This document shows, piece after piece, positions 43,706-56,780 of a DNA stretch of 64,000 nucleotides; the stretch's first letter is position 1; each line of letters starts with the position of its first letter. This stretch comes from Eledone cirrhosa (lineage: Eukaryota): assembly GCA_964016885.1 (NCBI GenBank), contig OZ024745.1:97464001-97528000 (forward strand), written 5' to 3'. The position numbers and the translations under genes are program-made. Under the pieces are notes generated by a model. The model did no database searches. It was not told the origin of the DNA and worked only from the letters and a program-made list of their open reading frames with translations.

Positions 43706-44473
43706 CATCATCATCGTTTTTCCATTCATTTTTCTACGCTTGCATGGGTTGGATGCGTCCTTCTCAGCACAGCATCACTCCACTCTGCGTTCTTTTGTTA
43801 TCTCCTCTGTGAGTTTCAGCAAGTTGAGGTCAGCTCTCACAACCTCTGCCCAGTTCTTAAAATATTTGGGATCATTAAATTTGCTAAGGTAAGATTCTTT
43901 TGTTATCTTGGCGATTTAATGTTCTTCCTAATGCATTGTTTGGTTTTCAAAATTATTTAAATTTGTGTTTCCTATTTTGCAGCTTGCTTCAAGCAAGCTA
44001 CAAAACTCAGTAATTCTATATTTGAATGATTTTTAGATGTATAGCTTGGGGGATCAGAGAGTCGCTCGGGTAGAATCACTACTTCTTAGAATTTAGAGAT
44101 CACAGCTCCGATATTACGAACTTGTCACTAGAATGTCTCAGGAAAGAATCACAGGACATATTTTACAGGCAAAACTAACCAGCAGGTGAACCCCAAGAAA
44201 GATGGTTGGATAACATCCATGAGCACGGTTGGTCTTCTTTGGGGATCTAGCTAGGTTAATTGGAGACAGTTGCAGGAAGGAATGTTTGATCCTAGCCCCC
44301 ACAACCCTCCTAGGAATAAATGGGCAAAGAGGAAGTAAATAAAAATATTCAAATATAACATGTAGTGGTATCTGAATGAGATATAGCAATTTCTGAAAGT
44401 GCTGTAGTCATTCAAGCAGGCATTACAATTTCTGAACATGTAGTGGTCTTTTTACCAGTTATTTCAATTTCTG

Positions 44474-45718
44474 GCCTAGAATCAAAAGGCCTTAAAGTTA
44501 ACTTGTCTAAGACTAAAGCTCTAGTTTGTAGAAAGGAAAATGGCCATGCTCAGTGTGTAGGAAAGGAGTAGGTAGAAATTCCATTTTATGTCCCAAATGC
44601 AAACTATGGGTACATAAAAGATGTAGTGGGATCACAGGTAAACTATCTAAGAACGTAGACTTTATATGTGGCCGATGCTCAGGTGCAATAAGTAGCAAGT
44701 GCCCACAGGATACTAGCTCCTTCTATTGCCCAGATGGTTCTATAGAAATAGTGGACACTTTCCGTTACTTGGGTGACAAAATCAGCAGTGGTGGAGGATA
44801 TTCTGAAAGCACAGTAGCCAGAGTCAGAACGGGATGGAAAAAGTTTAGAGCTTATACCGTTGTTGGCCACAAAAAGTTTCTCTCTAAAAATGAAAGGCAG
44901 ATTGTATGATGCCTATATACGAACAGCAATGCTACATGGCAGTGAGACATGGGCATTGCGTGCAGAGGACCTGCGTAGACTGGAAAGGAACGAAGCATGC
45001 ATGCTCCGTTGGATGTGTAATAGTAATATACGTGAATGGCAAAGCATAAATGAACTAAGTGAGAAATTAGGAATAAGAGGGATCAGATACTATTTACTTG
45101 AGAGAAGACTACGTTGGTATAGTCACGTGATGCAGCATGAAAGACAACAACAGCTGTATAAAAAAATACAGGGCGATCAAAATTGATGGAAGTTACGGAG
45201 TAGGTAGACCCAGAAAAACCTGGGACAATTTGATAAATTCTGACCATATACACTTGCACCTCTTTAAGACAATGTCACTGGACCGAGATCTTTGGCGCTA
45301 TTCACTAATACAGAAGACCCGCCTTGCCTATGTACAAAGCGAAACTTACAGTCAGTAGGCACCTCTTAACCAAATATACACCCCAATCCACTACCTCTAC
45401 TCTATCCTCCCACTCCCACCAACACCACCCTCTCTCTGTAAAGTTGGTACCACAACATTCAGTCCAAATAAATAAGATCGAGATCGAGATCATGTAGGTG
45501 CCGCGACAAAAAAATAACACACAGTCCACGCTGTAATGTGGCCGTGTAAAAAGTTCCTAGTCAACACTGTAAATGTGGTTGGTGTTAGGAAGGGCATCCA
45601 GCCATAGAAAACCTGCCAGATAGTCCTATATGAGTGAGACACGGTCACCCAACCAACCTTGCCGCAAGTGGGACAACTCCCATCTAACCCATGCTAGCGT
45701 GGCAGATGGATGTTAAAC

Positions 45719-45752
<34 letters not shown>
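44474..45752 (+). mobile_element. 5'-truncated RTE-clade LINE (end of RT, Cys-rich insert, C-terminus, 3' UTR with (TGA)n tail)
   Basis: GLESKGLKVNLSKTK, CSVCRKGVGRNSILCPKCKLWVHKRCSG, FRYLGD, LHGSETW, RRLRWYSHV and GRPRKTW motifs; frameshifted; ends in (GAT)n. Confidence 0.9.
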
Positions 45753-45754
<2 letters not shown>

Positions 45755-45946
45755 AGTGTAGTGGTCTTTTTACCAGGTATTACAATTTCTGAAAGTGTAG
45801 CAGTCTTTCAACCAGGTATTACAATTTCTGAAAATGTAGCGGTCTTTCAACCAGGTATTACAATCTGGTACTAGTTTGTTGTGGCACCAGGACTAGTGAG
45901 ATTGTCATGGCACCAGGACCAGTGGTGATGAGGCACTAGTACTAGT

Positions 45947-46018
<72 letters not shown>

Positions 46019-46321
46019 TATGATGGTAAGGGAGTGAGTGATGGTAAGAGAGAAAGTGGTGATAAAAGAGAGTCATGATAAAAAAGCAAACAATAATAAG
46101 ACAGAGAGATAGTGTGTGTGTTGTGACCTTAAGAGAGTAAAAGTGGGGATAAGACGGAGCGATGATGAGAGAGATGGGTAACAATATGAATGGCAATGGT
46201 AAGAAATGGCACTGAAGAGTGACAACTATCTCAGATGGCCTATGAGAGTAATGAATACCATATACTTAATGCTATCACTAGCTACATCGACATTATGATA
46301 TGGATGGGAGTTAATATTATT

Positions 46322-47180
46322 TGTAGCTAATATAACAGTTTTATAGTCAGTACATCACTGTAGCTAATATAATAGTTTTATAAAGACTACATCACTGTAG
46401 CTAATATAACAGTTTTACAGTGACTACATCACTGTAGTTAATATAAGTTTTATAGTGGCTTCATCACTGAAGCTAATATAACAGTTTTATAGAGACTACA
46501 TCACTGTAGCTAATATAAGTTTTACAGTGACTACATCACTGTAGTTCATATAACAGTTATATAATGACTACATCACTGTAGCTAATATAAGTTTTACAGT
46601 GACTACATCACTGTAGTTCATATAACAGTTATATAATGACTACATCACTAGCTAATATAACAGTTTTATAGTCAGTACATCACTAGCTAATATAACAGTT
46701 TTATAGTCAGTACATCACTGTAGTTAATATAAGTTATATAGTGACTACATCACTGTAGTTAATATAACAGTTTTATAGTGACTACATCAATGTAGCTATT
46801 ATAACAGTTTTATATTGACTACATAACTGTAGCTAACAGAACAGTTATATAGTGACTACATCACTAGCTAACATAACAGTTTTATAGTGACTACATCATT
46901 TTAGTTAATATAACAGTTATAGAGTGACTACATCACTGTAGTTAATATAAATTGTAGTGACTACATCAATGTAGCTATTATAACAGTTTTATAGTGACTA
47001 CTACATTACTGTAGCTAATATAACGGTTTTATAGTGGCTACATAACTGTAGTTAATAGAAGTTATATAGTGACTACATCGCTGTAGTTAATATAAGCTGT
47101 ACAGTGACTACATCACTGTAGTTAATATAACAATTATGTAGTGACTACATCACTATAGTTAAACTGCTGTATAGTGACTA
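46322..47180. repeat. About 37-bp minisatellite TGTAGCTAATATAACAGTTTTATAGTGACTACATCAC, about 23 units
   Basis: Directly visible, degenerate. Confidence 0.93.
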
Positions 47181-48513
47181 TATTGATACAGTTTAGCACC
47201 AGTCTAAGTTACAGATGTTGCCATCAGAATACAAAGAGCTAGAACCAACTCTAGAAGCCATCTTCCTGGAATGGTATTTTATTGACCCTGAAAGGACAGG
47301 AGGCAAAGTTTACCATTACAGGAGTTAAACTGGGTGCTGAGAGCTAGAAGAAATATAATTACTAAGCTATGTCGCCATTACTACACTACTATAACCAACA
47401 CAATATTACAAATATCAATTAAGCCACTGCATTGTTATAGCCAATATAACACAATAATTACTACATTTCAGCTGTAGAAACTGTCAAAAATGGAAGTAGC
47501 TAGTGCTTTACATTCATGTCAGGACATTAAAACCTCTCTATTGTTGATGCCATGATAAAATACCAGTGGTCGGCATTATGAAGGGCATCCAGCCATAGAA
47601 ACCATGCCAAAAATGAAATATACTGAATGAAAGATGTGGTCAACCCGACTCCTACCATCCCCTATCTAGGAGGGCAGTAGCTCTGACTGAGTATTGATTT
47701 GGTCCTTTATTACTCATCCAACCCATGCTAACATGGAAAAACATGAAATCATGATGGTGATGAACTCTAGTCACTGCAGTACTATAAACAACACAACATT
47801 ACAAATACAATTGTTTAATCACACACCATTGTCAGTACCAACATAACACAAAAACTACCATATCCGTTAAACGATGATGATGATGATGATGATGATGATC
47901 CCCAGAATCACTATAGCTTAAATCAATAACAGAGTTGTTTAGCTCCAATAATATAATACTATTATCAACACAGAACAATGAATACCACAGTACTTTGGTC
48001 ACATTATTATTGTTCTTATGTCCACTTTTCCATGCTGACATGAATTGGATGGGATGTTTTGTAGCTATGTTTTACATTTAGATGTACTTCCTGATGACAA
48101 ACCAGACATTTGCTTCTTATGACAAACAGGGATATGATGTATCTATTCGAAAAGGCGGGATACACATAGCATTATAAATAAATACTGCAGCTGTCTGACC
48201 AGTCTCCATCTAAAAAAAAATGTCTAAAGTCTGTCTCAAACCTAGAGGCTCATTAAACCCGTGCTTAGCTCGGTTTCCTTGGTGTTAAGTGAGTGGAAGC
48301 ACAGGACACCAATCTACCAGAGAGTTAAAACCTCAGGTACTGCTGGTAATCATTTTCAACTGAAACAACATTAAATAAAGTGTTTCCTTCAAGAAAACTA
48401 TACACAAGCTGGTTCTGGAATCAGACCCATGACATTATGATCGTAAGTCCAACACCCTAACCACAAGGCCATGCAATAAATATATAAAAAGAAGACAGTA
48501 ATAAGTTAGTTAC

Positions 48514-49253
48514 CTGCTGTTGATGTGTTCAATTCCTTTAGCAATTTGGCGTAAGTCAGATGCTTTGGCTTTGGCATCATCAGACAAACGTCGAAGAATA
48601 TCTACCTGCTTGTCACTTACATCCAAAATAAAATGGCACTCATGTCCTCGGCCATGTTCAAATAATGTACACTCTTTACAAATTGGTGCTGAGCACGTTT
48701 TGCAGAAGAATTTAATCACTTCGTGTCGGTGCCGTGGACAGGCCACTGGCTTTTCACTCTGAAGTTCTTCTTTCCCACCTTGTACTTCAGTAAATGTGAG
48801 AACCCGATGACCCTCAAAACAATGCATAAACTGATGCGCCATCACACAGTTAGCACACAAAAAGTTAGCACAGTCGTAACACTTAGCAACTGCAGTTGTA
48901 TCTTTACTTTTGCATCCAGTGCAGTGAAGACCATTTGCATCAATGGCGGAGGTTTCCAGAATATTGCTTACTGCGTAATCTTGCATGAGGCCAGAAGCCC
49001 CAAGGGATCCAAGATACGTCTCGTGGTTGCATTCGGGACAAATCACTCTCTCGGGATTATCTTGTTGTTTTTCAATGCATGGTTGACAAAATGTATGGAA
49101 GCAGTTTAGGACGCGAGGCATAGTATATGTCTCCTGGCAAATTGGACATTTTGTGCTAAGGCCTGGAGAACACGATTCTAAGCTAATTTCACTGTCCGAA
49201 GATGTTGAGCCACTGGTACCTGTGTCACTCTGGGACGGTGTAGGGGATGACAT
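48514..49253 (-). CDS. brat: brain tumor (Brat)-like TRIM-NHL protein, first visible coding exon (RING, B-box1, B-box2, start of coiled coil)
   Basis: The ORF encodes a C3HC4 RING (CPIC-x11-CFHTFCQPC-x12-CPEC), B-box1 (CTGCKSKDTTAVAKCYDCANFLCANCVMAHQFMHCFEGH) and B-box2 (CPRHRHEVIKFFCKTCSAPICKECTLFEH). A polypyrimidine/CAG acceptor lies at 49281-49282 (exon starts 49280), the ATG at 49253, and the donor AG|GTAACT at 48513. The coding part is 740 nt (phase 2). Confidence 0.92.
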
Positions 49254-49309
49254 CTTGTTAAGTATTTCAATGTTCACAATCTGTTGAAAAGGAAAGAAAA
49301 GCAAAAGTC

Positions 49310-49970
49310 AAAATAAATATACAATTTATACATCAATAAAGATAATTTAAGTCACTAAAATTAAATAAGTTGAGATAAATATAATTTGTAGATCAATAAA
49401 GATAATTTAAGTCACTAAAATTAAATAAGTTGAGATAAATATAATTTGTAGATCAATAAAGATAATTTATAAGTTGAGATAAATATAATTTGTAGATCAA
49501 TAAAGATAATTTAAGTCACTAAAATTAAATACAGGTAAAATTACGTTATAACGAATTTTTCACAATCCCTGGCCACATGCTCAATGTGTTAGGTCGGTCG
49601 ATCTTGTTATAAAGAATTTTTCGTTACAACAAATTTTTTTTATATATACCCTGTGAATTTCGTTATAACGGAATTTTACTGTATAAGTTGAGATAAATAT
49701 AATTTGTAGATCAATAAAGATACTAAAATCAAATATACATTGAGATAAATATGATTTAAACATCTGTAAAGATAATTTAAGTCCCTAAAATCAAATATTA
49801 GTTTAGATAAATATAATTTATACATGAATAGGAAGTCACTAAAATTAAATATAAATGGAGATAAACAAAATTTGTACGTCAAATAAAGATAATTCAAGCC
49901 TCTAAAATCAAATATAAGTTGAGATAAATATAATTTATACATCAGTAAGGATAATTTAAGTCACTCAAAT
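49310..49970. repeat. About 60-bp degenerate tandem repeat adjoining the brat splice acceptor
   Basis: Unit ATCAATAAAGATAATTTAAGTCACTAAAATTAAATAAGTTGAGATAAATATAATTTGTAG, repeated with decay. Confidence 0.9.
49532..49681. mobile_element. Tc1/mariner-pogo (Tigger-like) MITE
   Basis: TIRs CAGGTAAAATTACGTTATAACGAA / TTCGTTATAACGGAATTTTACTG with a TA duplication. It interrupts the 60-bp repeat. A lone matching TIR lies at 34675-34698. Confidence 0.85.
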
Positions 49971-50962
49971 GCTGAATAACAGTTTTTAAAATAATATTAA
50001 TAGAAAAGAACAGATTAAAATATAATCTTTTACGAGAAAAACAGAATACAGTGTCACAACTACAGCAGAGTAATTATTACATTGACAAATAAATTGGTAA
50101 TAATAATAACATGAAAGATAAATTAAGCTCTGCCACACACATACACAGATGTACATCACACACACATACATATACACACACAAACTAATAACCAGAACCA
50201 TTGGTCTAATGGTAATACTTTCGTCTAAATTAAGTTCTACCACACACACACACACACACACGTAGGCATACATCACACACCACAGAAACATACATCACAC
50301 ACACACACACACCAGAGACATACATCACACACACACCACAGAAACACACACACACACACACACACACCTACCAGTCATAACCAGAGTATGGTTGTGGTAA
50401 GCTCTACCACACCCACATACATTACACACACATACACACACACCACGGAGACATACATTACACACACACACACACCACGGAGACATACATTACACACATC
50501 ACTGATAACCGGAGCCATTGGTGTAATAGTAATACTTCTGTCTAAGTAGCAAGACTTCTTTCTATATTGAAAGAAAACTGGTAAAGAACACCTGAAACAG
50601 CAGTAGATAAATGGGAGAGGGCATCTCTCCAACTACCAAACCCATTTTCTACTTCCTCTACCTATGACTACATCAACAGACATCATACAGTGAAGGTGTG
50701 ACTCAGGAACTAAAGTATAGAATGTTATATGGCACTCTACCATTAATTTATATAGAAACTACTCAACAGTGACTTACTTAAAAGAAATCATTATTCTTTA
50801 TTTTACAAAAAAGTTGGTATGCATTACTAGTCTCAAATTTATTCAATTCTAAAAACATATTTTATAAATCTTCTATTTCAAATATAATGTGCTTCATTCT
50901 ATCAGTTATCAACAATATTAATTTTGACTTTATATAAAAGGTATTACATCTACTGAAAAATA

Positions 50963-51148
50963 ATAATTGTTTCTACTTTTGGCACAAGGCCGCAATTAAC
51001 CAGTGCATTACTGGTACTTTATTTTATCAATCCCGTAAGGATGAAAGGCAAAGTTAACCTCGGCGGGATTTGAACTCAGATCATACATGGAGGTAACTCT
51101 ATGCTTCAAAGCATGGCGTCCGACCCTCTACCAATACTGCCAATCCAA
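50963..51148 (-). mobile_element. tRNA-derived SINE, same family
   Basis: Homology to 8303-8487. Confidence 0.88.
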
Positions 51149-51261
51149 TATCCATCATCGTTTTAACTCTTTTAATACTAAACCAATCCTGGTTCTATGA
51201 TACATAACTCTTATTTTATCTAAAAACCTATCCTAATAATTTTTGTAAATATCTTTGTTAA

Positions 51262-51464
51262 GCATTTACATTACTCTATATATATACTATTGTATTTTCA
51301 CAGTAAAGGCTTTATCTCACATAATATTGAGTCTATGAGATTTTTATATTATTTATTTTGAGAACAATAACTTAACATAAGTATAAGTAGCCAATTATGG
51401 CCGGTTTGAACAGAAAGAGGTGAGACAATTCTTGCCGGATGTGGCCGGTTTAAATGCTTAAGGG
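51262..51464. mobile_element. piggyBac-type MITE family 1, nested in a family 2 MITE (51162-51560)
   Basis: Homologous to 52562-52769; ends AAGGG-TTAA. Confidence 0.8.
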
Positions 51465-51631
51465 TTAAGTGGTTTCAAACACCAGCCTAATAAAAAAAGT
51501 TAGTTATATTACTTCAAATTATTTAGAAAATTATAGACAGTGTCTTTTATTGCTTAGAAACAATGCATGAGGATTTCAGGGATAGAAAGGGACTCAACGT
51601 AGGGAGTTCCGAATGATTTTAGAAGCCAAAC

Positions 51632-51737
<106 letters not shown>

Positions 51738-52218
51738 AACACCTCACATGGAAAAGCAGACATACAAATGATGATGGTAATAAAAGTGTTAATGTCTATT
51801 TTTGTAATGGTAGCATAGGTTAGCTGTGTCTGCAAGTGAGAACATCTCCATTTAACTTACTTGTGTATTATGGTCTATCTTTGTCACAGATGTTGTCTGT
51901 GATTATTTCATCCATCAACTATCATCTATTTATATCATATTGCAACATTAGCCAACATAGATACTTTTAACCATTTCATTACCATATTTCTAATAAAAGA
52001 AACTGGCTAGTATTTTCAAATTCTTTCTCAACAAAAAAAAATCAAGAATTTAAAGTGATTTGGTGATATAATTAACTTTCTTAATATTTACCCAGTGTTT
52101 GTAAAATAACAAAGTTTCTTCCATAAAATTATAATGGAAGGATTCTGAATAAATATGAATAGTTTAAAATAAATAGTTATGTAAATAATGTAGGAAGTCG
52201 GACTTTGAAGCGCTGAAA

Positions 52219-52439
<221 letters not shown>

Positions 52440-52561
52440 GAAAGTGCTCAAACACAGAAATGCTATAAAGATAGCTTATAAAGTAGGGTGAAGACAGAAA
52501 AATAAGTTGCCACCGTCCGCTGTAGGGAATTGAACCCCATATCATCCAGATACTGTCTTAA

Positions 52562-52769
52562 CCTTTTAGCATTTACATTACTCTCTATATACTTTTATAT
52601 TTTCATGGTAAAGGCTTTACCTCACATAATATCGAATCTATGAGATTTTTATATTATTTATTTTGAAAACAATACCTTAAAATCAGTATGAGTGGCCGGT
52701 TACAACCGGTTTGAACAGAAAGGGGTGAGAGAGTTCAGGCCGGGTACAGCTGGTTTAAATGCTAAAGGG
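52562..52769. mobile_element. piggyBac-type MITE family 1
   Basis: TTAA-CCTTTTAGCATTTACATTACTCT ... TAAATGCTAAAGGG-TTA. Confidence 0.85.
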
Positions 52770-53395
52770 TTATGGGTCTTCACCCTATTTTATAAGCAAT
52801 TTTTATAGCTTTCTGTACTTGAGCACTTTCTTTATAATTATAAATATATATATATATATATATAAATAGTTATGTACTGTAGAAGCAAGGATGATTTTAG
52901 GTGTTTTGGTATCAAAATTGCTTTTTCGGCTCCATTATCTCATTCATGCCCATCAAATATCACATTTATTAGATATCACATCTGTATCATATCACATCTA
53001 TTAGATATCATATCTGTACCATATCCATCATTGTATTATATATTATATTGAAAGCATATTTTATATATTTATTTATCTTATATTGCAACTAGAGTTCTGC
53101 CCACCAAAGAACATTCTCCTACACCATTTAGACACTGTATCATTGCAATAGTGATGCCTGAGTATTCTTACTCATTTGCATAATCATTATAACACAATAT
53201 CATTTCTTAATATCAGTGTATGACTACATAAAAATAAGAATTTTGGTTTATAAACAACACAAGTCTGTTACAAGTCTCCGGTGGATTGTCTAATTCGATA
53301 CAGAACAAAATAACAAAAGACTTCAATCATAAAGCAATTTTTTTATTGTTTCCTTGATGAAATTTACATCCTTTGCCTACATACATAAGTAAAAG

Positions 53396-53426
<31 letters not shown>

Positions 53427-53469
53427 CATCAAAGGCTAACATACACACACATCAGAGGCTAACATACAC

Positions 53470-53640
53470 ACACACACACTCCTGAGGCTAACACAGTTTC
53501 TTTCTACCAATTTTCATTCAAGGTATTTTAATGAACCAGGGACTGTGATAGAAGACATGTCAATGAGCCACACAGAGGGAGTGAATCTAGAACCATATGG
53601 TTACAAAGCAAATGACTTAACCAGAATACCATGCCTGCAC
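53470..53640 (-). mobile_element. Third SINE family, degenerate (related plus-strand copy at about 63265-63375)
   Basis: tRNA-like head plus ...TGTCTTCTATCACAGTCCC...CCTTGAATGAAAATTGGTAGAAAGAAACTG, similar to 63300-63375. Confidence 0.55.
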
Positions 53641-54295
53641 CAATGTATCTCCCATACATATCCTGATTATGTAATATGTGTATCGATTATATCTGTAATA
53701 CAATATGTTCCCTTCTTAACGAGTAACCTTTCACTAATATCTGAAAACCTTTTACTGATATTTGAAAAGAAACATAGTTCCAAGCAGTAATAATAAAGGC
53801 AAACCCTCATATCCAGAGGTTATTGTAAACAAAACTAATCTATGTAAGAGAGGGTACTTGAGTTTGTGCTGGTGACATAATAAACTTGTTAGAACTGCTT
53901 CTATTTTGACAATATAGTAAAGCTTAAAATGCCATCAGATAAAAAATATTACCTTCTGGCATTTTGCTGCTTTTAAGAGTTCATACTGTTGTATGAACTT
54001 AGCAAGAGCAACTAATATAAGGACAATTCAGGATCTTAATATGTTGCCTCCCAGGGACATATTGAGAAACCCAATGTTGATCAACAGACATAATTCTGTA
54101 ACATCATGTCACTATTCAACCAATATTTTTATCAGAAGATTAATATTATGGTCAGTAAGAAACTCTTTCACTCCTATGCCAATATCTAGTCACCATTCTA
54201 CTTGACCTCAACTCTTTAACCATATCTTTAATAATTTTATTACAAACCTGTCTGAAACCATCTCTGGTTCTAAGATACAAATCCATCTGTTTTAA

Positions 54296-54487
54296 CCTTT
54301 TTAGCATTTACATTACTCTATATATACTATTGTATTTTTGCAGTAAATCACATAATATCAAATCAATAAGATTTTGATATTATTTATTTTGAAAACAATA
54401 CCCTAATATCGGTATATGAGTGGCTGATTACAGCTGGTTTAAACAGAAAGAGGTGAGAGAATTCTGGATAGATATGGCTGGTTTAAA
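54296..54487. mobile_element. piggyBac-type MITE family 1, nested in a family 2 MITE (about 54225-54692)
   Basis: Homologous to 52562-52769 and preceded by TTAA; the host element ends ATATGATAAGGAAAAGGTTAA. Confidence 0.8.
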
Positions 54488-54921
54488 GTGTCTCTATACT
54501 TATATTAAAGCCTTCTATCATAACTTTATGTAAGAACATTTTATTCTCAGTTATGTTCCAAATAACAGCTTAATAATAAGAAAAAAATAGTTATATTTTT
54601 TTAATTTTGCAAAAATTTTGATTATTTTCAAAATTAATTGAAACACATTTGCAATATCTCTTTTATTAGAAATATGATAAGGAAAAGGTTAAAACAGGTA
54701 TCCTTTTCTTTTAGATAAATATATTATGTTTTTATTCATCTATATTTTCCAACTCTCTTCTATGTTCTTCCCAAAAATTGGTGCCTCTGCTTACAATCTA
54801 CTCTATATATCAACTATATTTCTGACAGTCATAATATTAATAAATATTGTTAGCTATATTACTGGAAATTCTTGCTTCCACATTTCTTTAAGATAATCAC
54901 TTTATCACTTCCCAAACCCAT

Positions 54922-55125
54922 GTAACCTTTTTGTTATCATATTTATAATAAATGACACTGTCTATATAATTTTTTAATCAATTTGAAACTAATCAAGAAT
55001 TTGAAGAGATTTAGTAATGTAACTTTCTTATGATAAGCCGGAGTTTGGATCATAACTTAATAAAGGTTCTTATATAGCATTATGGTGGAAGGTTTACAGA
55101 TAAATATAAAAATCTTTTAAACAAA
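54922..55125. mobile_element. Older TTAA-type MITE family 2 (other copies at about 51967, 55790-56027, and 35270-35385 plus 40372-40497)
   Basis: Shared terminus resembling AACC(C/A)TTTCATTACCATATTTCTAATAAAA and a shared internal TTAA..TTCTTATATA..ATTATG segment. Confidence 0.6.
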
Positions 55126-55302
55126 AACATATACCCAAATTGCACATTTCAAAACTGAACTCCTATAACACTACATATGTGACCCTTTTACAGAACACAA
55201 ACGTTCATATAGACTAAACTGTATCATAATGGCTTATTTTCCTCTTTAAGACCTCAAAAACTAATATCTAGAAACGACTAACATTTTACAAAGCACAACA
55301 GT

Positions 55303-55600
55303 AATAATTGTTTCTACTTTTGGCACAAGGCCAGCAATTATCCCAGTGCATAACTGGTGCTTTATTTCATCGACCCCATAAGGATGAAAGACAAAGTTAA
55401 CCTGGGCGGGATTTGAACTCAGAACATAAAGGCACACAACAGTAATAATTGTTTCTACTTTTGGCACAGGCCAGCAATTACCCAGTGCATTACTGGTACT
55501 TTATTTTATTGACCCTGTAAAGATGAAAGGCTAAGTTAACCTCGGCAGGATTTGAACTAAGAATGCAAGGGCCATAACTCTATGCGTCAAAGCATGGTGT
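55303..55600 (-). mobile_element. Two tandem SINE copies, same family
   Basis: Each is preceded by GCACA(C)AACAGTAATAATTGTTTCTAC. Confidence 0.85.
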
Positions 55601-56489
55601 CACATAGAGTTACAGCCCATGATCCTCAATGACAACTTGTAAGTACAAAAAGTTCACAAACAGAATAAATTATTTGCTCTGATGAAGACTGCCATTTCGA
55701 CTGCAACTAGTATGACCTCTATTACTAAGAATGTACTAACCATGAAACAGTTTCCTTTCAACCATTCACCCTCCTGACACTAAACCACATGAAACTACCC
55801 CTGTTTTTAACATACAAAATCAGATATATTTTAGTGTTTATATTTATTTAAAACCTTTCCTTCACATAAAGTTCAAAACATTAGCTTAATAACAAGTGGG
55901 TTACATTACAAAATCCTATCATATTCTTGATTTTTTTCAAAATTATTTGAAAATCATAAGGCAGTGTATTTCATTAGAAATAGAATAATGAAAGGGTTCA
56001 TTAGAAATATGGTAATGAAAAGGTTAATGACATAGACAGTGTCTTTCATTAGGAATATGTCAACAATTTAAATGAAGCACTAAGTCCACTGTAAGGTGTT
56101 AGTGTCAGGAAGGGCATCCAGCTGTAGAACCCAAGTTGGAAAGAGTTCTGTTTGAGTACAACATGGTCACCAACTAACACTAATGTAGAAAATAAACATT
56201 AAACGGTAATGATGATGATGCTGATGATGATGGTCCATTGATTCCCCTCCACAGAATGATTTAAACTAGAGCGAGAGCTCACCAAAAATTTCACATTGGT
56301 GACAAACTTTTTAAAAGTAAAATATTTCATATCACATTAATCCTAATATTATTAACGAGGCAAAATTAATGAAATAATTTCAAAACAATGAAATATCACA
56401 TGTCACCAGTTCTTGTTTACATACAGTTGTCAGATCTTAAATATACTTCAAGGACAAATTTTTGTAAATATTTATTAGATTTTATTTAA

Positions 56490-56780
56490 TTTCACAACAC
56501 AGTAAAGTGCCACAACCACAAAGATGTGATCTGGGACACACTAAAGTGTCACAACACACTAAAGTCTCACAACACACCAAGATGTGATCCAAGACACACT
56601 CAAGTGTCACAACAGACCCAGATGTGATCCACGACACACTAAAATGGCACAACACACCAATATGTGATGAGCTACACACTCAAGTATCACAACACACCAA
56701 GATGTGATCCACGACACACTCAAGTCTCACCTCACAACACAAGATGTGATCAGGGAGACACTAAGTGGCACAATACACAA
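56490..56780. repeat. About 40-bp degenerate tandem repeat (CACAACACACCAAGATGTGATCCA.GACACACTCAAGTGT)
   Basis: Directly visible. Confidence 0.85.
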
